Shown piece by piece: positions 11,747 through 19,946 of a DNA stretch of 64,000 bases. The DNA is from Ostreococcus lucimarinus (taxonomy: Eukaryota), in NCBI GenBank assembly GCA_000092065.1, contig CP000598.1, one strand, 5' to 3'. Every line of letters begins with the position of its first letter. Within the stretch, counting starts at the first letter, position 1. Both the position numbers and the translations under genes were made by a program. A model generated the notes under the pieces. That model was not told the origin of the DNA, made no database searches, and saw only the letters and a program-made list of their open reading frames with translations.

Positions 11747-14272
11747 TTAGGAAACCTTATCCGTGCCTTTTACGCTGAGCCCGGTCATGGACGGCTTCGT
11801 CGGCATGGTGAACGCGGTGTAGTCCGCCGCCGTGGGCACCGTGATGCTCGTGTCGTACGACATCCCGGAGCACGCCGACGCATCGGCGGGAGCAAGCATT
11901 TCGACACCACTTTCGAGTTTCAAGACGTACCGGTCGCCAGTCGATGGTTGTTTGAACGTGGTGCCATCGGGGATCAGGACATCCGGACGGCGATGGTAAC
12001 CATTGTTGTCGTCGCACTCCTCGTTGCCATACTGGTCGACCTCGGGCGCCGCGCGCGAACCAGTCATCGGATTGAAGCAAATGAACGGCGCGTCGCCCAA
12101 CCAACCGCCTTCGTAACGCACGTTGAGATTCACCCCGGAGTAGTCGGTACCGGATGGAGAGCGCAGCAACACGGCGTCCGTGGGTATCTTGCCTTGAAGC
12201 TGGAGAGGCGCATCCATGAACTTCTTTGACGCGGAGTCCGAAGGATCTTCGAGCCACGCCATGCCCTCCCAATTGCTTGAGCTCCACTCGTAGTGCACAT
12301 CCAATTTGTTGGGTTCCTCGCAAACGTCGGTAGTGGCGGTGCAACTCAAAGTGTCGAGGTTCGCAGGTGTAGCTTCGAAGAGAACCATATGAACTTCTCC
12401 CGAGTCAAAGAATGAGTTGGTTGGGTCCATTACGACTTCAGCGCCGAGGGTGCCGGAAACGTCTTCCTTCAACGAGCCGGTATCTTTGTCGAAGACGTAC
12501 TTTTTATAAGTGCTTCGAGCGTCGTTGTATCCGTTCGGCGAGCCGTAGAACTGGCTGTCGTGACTGCTCGCACTCGATAGCTTCGTCTGGTCGATACACC
12601 GCTCGCCGCACGTGAGTGCGAGGTGGCTGCTGAGCGACCCAGGGGGGACGGTTTGCGCGTCAGACACTTTGAAGTGCGTCAGGTTAAGCAAACTCGCAGA
12701 GCCTCGGCCGAAGATGCTTCCCCAGCAGCGTATGATTTGGTTGTCAATGTCAGCCATCGTGAGCGCACGCGGAGTCGTGATTGAGTTCGTGTTCAGCGAT
12801 CCACCGTTCCAAGTTCGCTTCGACGACAACACGAGTGCGTTCGCGTCGGAGTCATACCTGAACTTGACCTCAACTTCTGCAGCGTTAGTGTCATCCCAGA
12901 ACCAGCCTGTGATCGTCGCCCCTTGGTAGTCGCTTGCGCTTCGCACCGTCGCCGTGAACTTGTACAACACCCCGCGTGAGACTTTGAGCCTCTTGTTCAC
13001 GTTCAGTATCGGATCATCCCAATCGACAATTTCCTCTACTACGTTCCCGTCGGTGAACGCGGTTTGAGCGATAGTCTTCTCGGCGGTACTGAGCGCGGTG
13101 TCGGAAATGTAGTCGTAATCGGAAATGTAGAGATTGCCCGGATAGTGCAGATCAGCATTATACGTCTTGCCGTCGCTGCCTGTAGCCTGAAGATGCACGT
13201 AGCTTTGAAGGTTCACCTTCGCCCCGTTGCTGTCGTACGCGCCGTAGCGCTCACCGAAGAACGATCTGTTCTCGAGTTCATCGCAGAATGACTGCCCGTA
13301 CGCCTTCGTCTTGACGAGCGTAGCGGTAGTCACCAATTGACCCGCTTGTGTCGAACCATTATCAAAGTCGATGGTCTGGAAAGAGGCCTTCGTGATGTCG
13401 TTTTCTGCGCGCGATTTAGCACCCGCGGTGAATGAATTGCTGCCTCGTGTCACCTCTTCCCACCACGTGACCCCGGTCGCCGTGCAATCCGAATCCGCGT
13501 CGGTGGTTTCGCACTCGCGACGAACCACACCTTTGATGCGTTGGGACGCGGTCGAGCCAGTCGGCGATTGGTACGTAAAGGTAAAGTTTTTCACCAAGAT
13601 TTTGTCAGACTTGATGGCGACGTCATCGCGCTTGACGATCATTTCCGTGTCGATGTTCGGCATTTCTGGGGTATCGCTGAGGGCTACCCAGACGTTCGTC
13701 TTGAAATCACGGGTATCGCTCGCGTCGTCGATGTCTGGGCCCGTGGCGTTGACGACCCAACGGTACGTAACCTTACCCTTGATTCGGTCGCCGTCGCTGT
13801 TGTCACAGTGGAAAGGATCGATCTCAGCGATGTATGGGCCAGTGTTCAGGTTCGCCGTCCAGTTCACCGAGGCGACGTAGCAAAGAACCATGTTTGGTAT
13901 CTGGAAAATTTCGGTACTTACAGCGTCGACGAACGTCTCCGCCGGCGGCGCCGTGGCGTAGTCGGACGTCGAAGAGAACGAAGACACTTCGAGAGGCGTC
14001 ACCTCGACGAGCGAACGACCATCGATTCGAGACGAACCAGAAGACGTCGTCGAAACACCCTCTGACGGGATCATGGTGACTTTACGCGGCGTCAACGCCG
14101 CCTTGAGCGCGTTCGTCTTCGCCGCGCCCGACAGCCCGCTGACGGTGGTCGGGGTCGGGGCCGGGGCCGGGGTCGCGTCGTCATCCCTGAGCCCGATGCC
14201 GAGGCCGGTGCCAAGGGCGACCACCACGGCGGCGACACCAACGATCGCGATCGCAACGCCACGTCTCACCAT
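11747..14272 (-). CDS. Secreted or membrane-anchored hypothetical protein (841 aa). N-terminal hydrophobic anchor MVRRGVAIAIVGVAAVVVALGTGLGIG, PAPAPTPT linker, large Thr/Ser/Asp-rich beta-type ectodomain with scattered Cys.
   Basis: Long uninterrupted ORF. Duplicated at 23689..26220 (843 aa; extra PA in the linker). Stop is 21 bp upstream of the start of the 191-aa ORF. Confidence 0.6.
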   Translation of the reverse strand: MVRRGVAIAIVGVAAVVVALGTGLGIGLRDDDATPAPAPTPTTVSGLSGAAKTNALKAALTPRKVTMIPSEGVSTTSSGSSRIDGRSLVEVTPLEVSSFSSTSDYATAPPAETFVDAVSTEIFQIPNMVLCYVASVNWTANLNTGPYIAEIDPFHCDNSDGDRIKGKVTYRWVVNATGPDIDDASDTRDFKTNVWVALSDTPEMPNIDTEMIVKRDDVAIKSDKILVKNFTFTYQSPTGSTASQRIKGVVRRECETTDADSDCTATGVTWWEEVTRGSNSFTAGAKSRAENDITKASFQTIDFDNGSTQAGQLVTTATLVKTKAYGQSFCDELENRSFFGERYGAYDSNGAKVNLQSYVHLQATGSDGKTYNADLHYPGNLYISDYDYISDTALSTAEKTIAQTAFTDGNVVEEIVDWDDPILNVNKRLKVSRGVLYKFTATVRSASDYQGATITGWFWDDTNAAEVEVKFRYDSDANALVLSSKRTWNGGSLNTNSITTPRALTMADIDNQIIRCWGSIFGRGSASLLNLTHFKVSDAQTVPPGSLSSHLALTCGERCIDQTKLSSASSHDSQFYGSPNGYNDARSTYKKYVFDKDTGSLKEDVSGTLGAEVVMDPTNSFFDSGEVHMVLFEATPANLDTLSCTATTDVCEEPNKLDVHYEWSSSNWEGMAWLEDPSDSASKKFMDAPLQLQGKIPTDAVLLRSPSGTDYSGVNLNVRYEGGWLGDAPFICFNPMTGSRAAPEVDQYGNEECDDNNGYHRRPDVLIPDGTTFKQPSTGDRYVLKLESGVEMLAPADASACSGMSYDTSITVPTAADYTAFTMPTKPSMTGLSVKGTDKVS

Positions 14273-14404
14273 CGTCGCGCGTTGAAATGCGGCGACGACA
14301 AGTGGCGACGGTGACGCGATCTGCCCGCACGCAATTCAATTCCTTCGGGTCACCTTATCTTTTGGAGCCCCCGGAAACGCGACTGTTTACCAATACGATG
14401 GTTC

Positions 14405-14665
14405 CCGGGTATTGATTACTGGGCCTGTTGGCGCCCCGCGGGTGTGTGTGTGCCAGCCCGTAGGGTTTAAGGTTTAGGATCCGAAATATGGAGCCTCGCT
14501 ATTAAGCCGGGGATCCTCCGCGGGCACGCGCCCCCGCGGGCGTGTGTGTTTTCGCGGTCGGTCGGACGGGAAGCCTGTTGGCGCCCCACGGGTTTGTGTG
14601 TCGGTCCTTAGCGTTTGGGGTTTAGTATCGGACATACGGAGCCTCACTATTTAGCGGTATGACCA
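14405..14665. repeat. Tandem about 150-bp repeats containing degenerate TTTAGGG-type telomere-like units ('ggtttaggatc', 'gggtttaaggtttagg') and 'gcctgttggcgccccgcgggt'. Related array at 17465-17640.
   Basis: Two successive units can be aligned by eye (14420-14530 vs 14570-14660). Shares 'ggcgccccgcgggtttgtgtg..agggtttagg..atcggacatatggagcctcac' with 17520-17640. Confidence 0.65.
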
Positions 14666-14685
14666 CATATATTAATTGATTTATA

Positions 14686-14759
14686 CCATTCATCCCGCGC
14701 ATAAAATCGGGTAGATTACTGTACAGTAATCTACCCGACTTTATGCGCGGGATGAATGG
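14686..14759. repeat. 74-bp near-perfect palindrome/hairpin (37-bp arms, 1 mismatch) with core ATTACTGTACAGTAAT flanked by cccgcgc/gcgcggg.
   Basis: The reverse complement of 14686-14722 equals 14723-14759 except one base. A related hairpin is at 17833-17890. Confidence 0.8.
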
Positions 14760-14920
14760 CATAAATCCCATAGTATATGGGGACCGGACCGGCGGGACGT
14801 GTGATTTTTTACCGTAGGGGTCATGATTGGTCGTTCGGGGGTACTCGTATGAAATAATGAAACACCATACTTTTATTTACATTTTGGTTTATTAAAAAAA
14901 CCCGTACGTGCATTTACTAC

Positions 14921-15062
14921 AGAATTGACCACTTTTCGCGCGGGTTTCACCAGAAAGCTTCAAAAATCGTGCCTTTTCTAAAACTCAATTTTCGCTAGGG
15001 TTTAGCGCCCCCGGTTTTCCGAGGATGCGGGCAGATCTCGCCGTCGGCGCCACTCGTCGACG
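14921..15062 (+). promoter_or_regulatory. Conserved upstream module, copy 2, ending 4 bp before the ATG of 15066..16181.
   Basis: Alignment with copies 1, 3 and 4. Core 'ctagggtttagcgcccccggttttccgaggatgcgggcagatctcgccgtcggcgccactcgtcgacg'. Confidence 0.6.
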
Positions 15063-15065
15063 ACC

Positions 15066-16181
15066 ATGGCCTCCCCGTCGCTCGATGCCGTGCGTTGGAG
15101 CGAATACCGGGCGCTCATGCAAGCGTGGGAAGCGTTTAACCCACACAGGGAGCTCCTGCGTCGGTTTTTACAGAAGCAATCGCACACGGAGCAGTGCCCA
15201 CCCGGCGTCCCGTACGTACCAGATCTGCCGGAGCCGGAGTACTTCGCCGTGAAGAGACGAATCGAGGCCGGGGAAACCGTTCCATGTCCTGGATTCTTAC
15301 GCGAACGCGACAACCGGCGCAATCAATGCCGCTGCGGGGCTCCACTCAGAGTTGATGACACTGGCAATATCTCCTGCACTTCCAAAATTCCCCGTCATGA
15401 GAACTATGGTCCTGTACCTCGTTGCTGTTGCTGGGCCGAAGAAGAGCACGCTCGTAACCAACGACATGACATGCCGCCGTATATTTTAAGGCCGCCACCC
15501 ATAGTGTCCCCCCCTCAAGTACCACCGTCGTCTCAAGTGCTCTTGAGCTTTTTGGAGGGGGTCAGGCCAAGCATGAACGCCAACTACCTGCGATGCGTTC
15601 AAGACATAGACGAAGAGCTCGCTCGTCTGAATGAGCAGCTTGCGGACAACAGCATTTCAACGACGAGGCGTGAAGCGATTCAACAGCATATAGTGAGCGA
15701 ACGCTCCAAACTTGAGGCCAAAGACACACAGTTACAAGATTTTTTTAACACGACGACCGCACTGGCAGAATCCGTGCACACGTTCGAGCACAGAGTGGCA
15801 GAGAAATACCAGAAAGCTGTGGATGCATACATTAAAGCGCAACTGGATGAAGTGGTCGTACCTCCGGATAGTAGAGGGAATCCAAAGTTTAAGGACTCAG
15901 TCGATGGCATCGACAGAGAGTTGGCCAAGTTAGAATCAGAAAATGGAGGCATCTCCAACGACAGCGCTCGCGCTCGCGTCGCCTCCAAACGTAAGAGCGT
16001 GGAAGAGTGTGAATCAGAGCACAAGCGCCTCAAAACCACTTCGGTTGAGTACAACTTGTCTATTTTGAAAGGGAGTTTGGAAAAAGACAAATCTATGTCT
16101 GCTGAAGACAAAAGACGCTGGGAATGCGTCATAAACGCCGTCGGGTTGTTACGAGCAAACGATGCACCAAGAACGCCGTAG
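15066..16181 (+). CDS. Coiled-coil protein (371 aa); paralog of 18177..19220.
   Basis: Shared segment 'LNEQLADNSISTTRREAIQQHIVSERSKLEAKDTQLQ' vs 'LEAQLQDENISETRRSVIPQHIEDTRAKLKEQDNSLN'. Heptad-rich, Glu/Lys/Arg-rich. Confidence 0.6.
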   Translation: MASPSLDAVRWSEYRALMQAWEAFNPHRELLRRFLQKQSHTEQCPPGVPYVPDLPEPEYFAVKRRIEAGETVPCPGFLRERDNRRNQCRCGAPLRVDDTGNISCTSKIPRHENYGPVPRCCCWAEEEHARNQRHDMPPYILRPPPIVSPPQVPPSSQVLLSFLEGVRPSMNANYLRCVQDIDEELARLNEQLADNSISTTRREAIQQHIVSERSKLEAKDTQLQDFFNTTTALAESVHTFEHRVAEKYQKAVDAYIKAQLDEVVVPPDSRGNPKFKDSVDGIDRELAKLESENGGISNDSARARVASKRKSVEECESEHKRLKTTSVEYNLSILKGSLEKDKSMSAEDKRRWECVINAVGLLRANDAPRTP

Positions 16182-16377
16182 CAACAGTATGGGCAAACAG
16201 TTAGGCGTTCTCCATGGCCTCCATTCGCGCGACCAGAGCGTTGACGCGCTCTTCGAGTTCGTCGATGCGGCGTTGTTTAGCGTCGTTCGCGCTCTCTACA
16301 TCGGCGCGACATAGAATAACGATAATCTATATCTGCTATATCTGCTTAATATTCTGCTTAAGATTTCGGCACCCTCG

Positions 16378-16712
16378 CTTAAGATCTCTTCAGAATGGAA
16401 TCTCTGAATGCAAGGCGTGGATGTACATTAAACCATGAACGGACCACGGTTCGATTTTTTTTATTACAAGTGTAGGTCTACTTTTACGTTTGGTGGACTC
16501 CGCTTGAGTCGGCCGATGTCACCGTGTCAGGTGTTCAGAGTGCACTAGAGACGTGACCGCCGATACACAGGGCGTCGAGCTCGGCGTGCCTGATTTCACG
16601 ACTCGGCGACCATGATTTGAAACCGAAATGACCATCGGCTTCAGGCCCAGGCGCGGCCGCAATGCTACTTTAAACTTAATATTTTTTTTTTGAAAAAAGA
16701 GTACTATAGTAC
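16378..16712 (+). repeat. Dispersed repeat R1, copy b. Preceded (16205-16375) by a fragment of a coiled-coil gene 3' end and the 'atagaataacgata' element also seen at 19255-19270.
   Basis: Direct alignment with 9686-10018. The minus-strand frame at 16205-16290 reads ...DAKQRRIDELEERVNALVARMEAMENA* . Confidence 0.7.
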
Positions 16713-16756
16713 TTTTGGTGTTTAAACGTGTTCGTGATATGATTGATAGTCCGTGA

Positions 16757-17407
16757 TTATACGTCGACTTTTGCGGGCGCCTGTTGGACGTAGATGACTT
16801 GCGGCTGCTGCGGCCGCGTCGCCACGGCGGTGGCGATGAGCTGGTCGCGTCGGTACGCGAAGCACCCGCACCGCCCACAGTAGCAGCACGAGACGATGAG
16901 CAACGTCAGGCCGACGACGGTACCAATGATGATGCCCGCGATCGCGCCACCGTCTGGTTTACAGCAGTCGTCACCGCAGCATACGTTTTGGCCGCCCGTG
17001 TACATACTGCACCATTTACCGCCTTTTTTGTGGAGTGGTGGGCACCCGTGGGCGCCGTCCCAGCATTTGGCTCCATTGGCAACTTCCGTGGCGATTTCTG
17101 TTCCACACGAGGTGTAACTGGAAATTGTGTCCGTACACTTGGACGGGCACGATTGGTCGATCGAGTTGCCATACGGTGGCGGTCCCGCGCTGCACCCGAA
17201 ACAGTCTGAGCACACACCGACCGTCACGCCGTTGTAGGTCCCGGTGTTGTAACAGAACTCTTCGCTCGATGCCCAGGGGTTCGCGCTCGCGTAGCCGCTC
17301 GAAACAACGCAGTCGGTGTGGGTTGAACACGTGTCGCCCGCGTCCGCGCGCGCGGTGTGCGCGACGGCGAGGCCGAAAACGAACGGTACGAGGAGGTTCT
17401 TAAACAT
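16757..17407 (-). CDS. Cys-rich type I membrane protein (about 216 aa). Signal peptide MFKNLLVPFVFGLAVAHTARA, Cys/Gly-rich ectodomain, TM helix AIAGIIIGTVVGLTLLIVSCCYC, short Gln/Pro-rich tail.
   Basis: ORF read on the minus strand. Start moved from the track's 17464 to the ATG at 17407, which precedes the hydrophobic signal. Confidence 0.55.
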   Translation of the reverse strand: MFKNLLVPFVFGLAVAHTARADAGDTCSTHTDCVVSSGYASANPWASSEEFCYNTGTYNGVTVGVCSDCFGCSAGPPPYGNSIDQSCPSKCTDTISSYTSCGTEIATEVANGAKCWDGAHGCPPLHKKGGKWCSMYTGGQNVCCGDDCCKPDGGAIAGIIIGTVVGLTLLIVSCCYCGRCGCFAYRRDQLIATAVATRPQQPQVIYVQQAPAKVDV

Positions 17408-17464
17408 CTTTGGCGTGGGTTTATCTCGCAAAAGGATTTCAGCGAGGCTTGAGGTGCGCCGCAA

Positions 17465-17640
17465 AGTGAGGCCCGGAGATCCGGGGATCCTCCGCAGCCC
17501 CGCGGGCGTGTGCCTGGCGTGTGCCCTTCGCGGTCGGTCGGACGAGGGGCCCGTTGGCGCCCCGCGGGTTTGTGTGCCAGCCCCAGGGTTTAGGGGTTAG
17601 GATCGGACATATGGAACCTCACTAATTAGCCGCATGACCT
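17465..17640. repeat. Telomere-like repeat unit related to 14405-14665.
   Basis: Shared blocks 'gatcctccgc..ccccgcgggcgtgtg', 'tcgcggtcggtcggacg', 'gttggcgccccgcgggtttgtgtgccagcc', 'agggtttaggggttaggatcggacatatgga'. Confidence 0.65.
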
Positions 17641-17832
17641 CATACATTAAGTTATTTATATCTAGTCATCGCGCGAAATGGCGTGGGTAAATTACCGTAC
17701 TAGGGTTTCCGTAAATAAAATACGTACCGAAAATAATGAATTAATTTACACGGGCGTGCCACGACGTCGTCGCACGCGCTCGTGAAAATTTGGTTGACGG
17801 CTTGGATTCGAGATTTTGGGGAGGTAAAATTC

Positions 17833-17890
17833 GGCCAAATCCCGCGCATATATTACTGTACAGTAATCAAAGCGCGGGATGTGGCCAAAG
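17833..17890. repeat. Imperfect hairpin with the same ATTACTGTACAGTAAT core.
   Basis: 'ggccaaatcccgcgcatatattactgtacagtaatcaaagcgcgggatgtggcc' folds back on itself. Confidence 0.6.
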
Positions 17891-18007
17891 TCTTTGGGTC
17901 ACAGCCCCTCACTTTGGGGGCTGCAGTGACGGGATGTGGGAATTTTACCGTATGGGTCGTGACTCGTCGTTGGGGGTACTACTATGAAATCCCATAATTC
18001 TATTGTA

Positions 18008-18176
18008 CATAGGGTTTAGAAATTAGGGTTTAGACGTCAAAAATCGCTCGGGTTCCATCAGAAACGTGTCAAAAACGGGCCTTTTCTGAAACTCGATTTT
18101 TGCTAGGGTTTAGCGCCCCCGGTTTTCCGAGGATGCGGGCAGAGCTCGCCGTCGGAGCCACTCGTCGCCGCACACG
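18008..18176 (+). promoter_or_regulatory. Conserved upstream module, copy 3 (extended form with 'tagggtttagaaattagggtttagac' head), ending at the ATG of 18177..19220.
   Basis: Alignment with copies 1, 2 and 4. Confidence 0.6.
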
Positions 18177-19220
18177 ATGACCGATTCAGTCGCGCACGCC
18201 TCACCGACATGGAGAACGTACTCATTAAACCCGTCGCTGCAACCGGACTGGATGAACGGCACGGCGGAGGTAGAGGCGGTCAAAACAGCGGAGGATGATC
18301 TCGAGCGCTCGTACAAGAACAAGCCGTTCTTCAAGGACGCAAGCTACGAGGCATTCGCCAGACAACGAGACGAGTATGACAAACCGACGCCCGACGGCCT
18401 CGAGGAGTTCAAGCGCATCTTACGGTCGAATTATCTTCGCACCGTAGAGCGCATCGATAAAAATATCCAAGTTCTGGAAGCCCAGCTACAAGACGAGAAT
18501 ATCTCTGAAACGCGACGGTCGGTTATCCCGCAGCACATCGAGGACACTCGTGCGAAATTAAAAGAGCAAGACAATTCATTGAACGCGCTGTGCGCCGATG
18601 TGGATGCGGTTATCGCAGATTTGAAAGGCTTGCCCGATAAAATTGCCGACATTAAAGAGCGCGCCTCTGAACAACTTCAGCGACACAAAAGAAAAAGGAC
18701 TAATGCATCTTTGGAACGCAACCTCGAGGAGTTGAGCGATGCGTTGCGCAGCTACGAGGCGAAAAAAGAACAGGAGAGGCTCACCCTTTGTGAACACCAA
18801 ATTCGCCAACAGAATCTGCCATTGTCCCAGTATGTTCGCTACTCAGGGGGAGGAGTTATCGACGTTGTTCATCCTGTGGGTGTCATCGGCTGCGATGGTA
18901 GTAACCTCAGCGTTGATGGTCGTGGTGGTCGTGGTGGTCGTGGTGGTCGTGGTGGTCGTGGTGATCGTGTTCTTTCGGTTAATCGTCAACGTTACTTTGA
19001 AGTGCCACAATGGCGGCCTGAATGGGGACCTGAGAAGCAATTTTGTGCGTGCAAGAGCTTCCAAGAATGGTACAAAGTCGACGCCGGAGACCTTCTTTAC
19101 AGCGCGCTTCGTGGCGTAGAGGGCGCGCTAAAGGCGCTCAGTGGTTCGGGAGATGACACCTCTTCGCTTCGACGGCGCTTGGGCGATGCCAATTTGGACG
19201 AGGCAAGCACAGGGAGTTAA
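18177..19220 (+). CDS. Coiled-coil protein (347 aa), paralog of 15066..16181, with an internal (GRGG)n tract encoded by a (ggtcgtggt)n microsatellite at about 18918-18965.
   Basis: Paralogy as above. The microsatellite is read directly. Confidence 0.6.
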   Translation: MTDSVAHASPTWRTYSLNPSLQPDWMNGTAEVEAVKTAEDDLERSYKNKPFFKDASYEAFARQRDEYDKPTPDGLEEFKRILRSNYLRTVERIDKNIQVLEAQLQDENISETRRSVIPQHIEDTRAKLKEQDNSLNALCADVDAVIADLKGLPDKIADIKERASEQLQRHKRKRTNASLERNLEELSDALRSYEAKKEQERLTLCEHQIRQQNLPLSQYVRYSGGGVIDVVHPVGVIGCDGSNLSVDGRGGRGGRGGRGGRGDRVLSVNRQRYFEVPQWRPEWGPEKQFCACKSFQEWYKVDAGDLLYSALRGVEGALKALSGSGDDTSSLRRRLGDANLDEASTGS

Positions 19221-19276
19221 TATATGTGGACGTATATTTTGTTGTCCACGAATGGCGCGATATAGAATAACGATAT

Positions 19277-19504
19277 CTAGCCGCTCTCCACCGCCTCCAG
19301 TCTCGACACAATGTCACTGAGCTCACTGCGGAGTTCGTCGATTTGCTGATCTCTCGATGCAACGGCGGCCTCTAAATCGGCGATTTGAGCGTCGTGCTGT
19401 TGCTGTATGCGGTCAACTTCCTGTAATGCTGCGGTTGAGAGCGTTGAAATTGCCGATTCTTGGAGGTGCTTGAAATCGGTAACAACCTCACCGTAGACGA
19501 ACAA
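19277..19504 (-). CDS. Possible terminal coding segment of a convergently transcribed coiled-coil gene (75 aa shown; ...DELRSELSDIVSRLEAVESG*).
   Basis: Heptad pattern. The stop is followed by the 'atatcgttattctat' element that also occurs at 16300. Upstream exons not identified. Confidence 0.3.
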   Translation of the reverse strand: MFVYGEVVTDFKHLQESAISTLSTAALQEVDRIQQQHDAQIADLEAAVASRDQQIDELRSELSDIVSRLEAVESG

Positions 19505-19757
19505 TCCGCGCCGCGCGCGCGCCAGTCCGGTGCGGGGTCGACCGAACTAGCCGTTGGTCGTAGTTTCCGACCGTTTGAATTTGAATTCGCTGCGCGCGCG
19601 GCGCTTGAAGACGACCGTTGGGGCCCAACGAGCATGTAAATCTTTGAGGCAGTTTTCGCCGCGCATGACGCGACGTGGTGTGCGTCGGAGTACGTCTCCG
19701 GCCGTCTCGACGGCGCGGAAAGGTTGCAAGAAGTCTCCTCGACGCATTACATTAAAT

Positions 19758-19930
19758 CTAGGGTTTAGAAATTAGGGTTTAGACATCAAAAATCGCCGAG
19801 GTTCCATCAGAAAGTTGTCAAAAACGTGGCTTTTCTAAAACTCGATTTTTACTAGGGTTTAGCGACCTCCGGTTTTTCGGCGGAGGAATTGCGTGCGGGC
19901 AGATCTCGTCGTTGTCGCCACTCGTCGACG
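19758..19930 (+). promoter_or_regulatory. Conserved upstream module, copy 4, ending about 17 bp before the ATG (19947) of the ARM-repeat gene.
   Basis: Alignment with copies 1-3. Confidence 0.6.
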
Positions 19931-19946
19931 CGGCGATGCTCTCAAC

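Larger units (their letters stand above)
10190..14403 (-). repeat. 4.2-kb duplicated block, copy A (candidate mobile unit) carrying three co-oriented genes: 841-aa secreted protein, 191-aa ORF, GIY-YIG endonuclease. Copy B at 22122-26347 is over 99% identical.
   Basis: All ORF-track proteins in the two intervals are pairwise identical except one T/A substitution and one PA-dipeptide indel. Homology starts at '..taagat[ct]tct[tc]cagaac[cg]aatcgtgtgagtgaagtg' and ends at '..ccaatacgatggttccc'. Confidence 0.8.
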
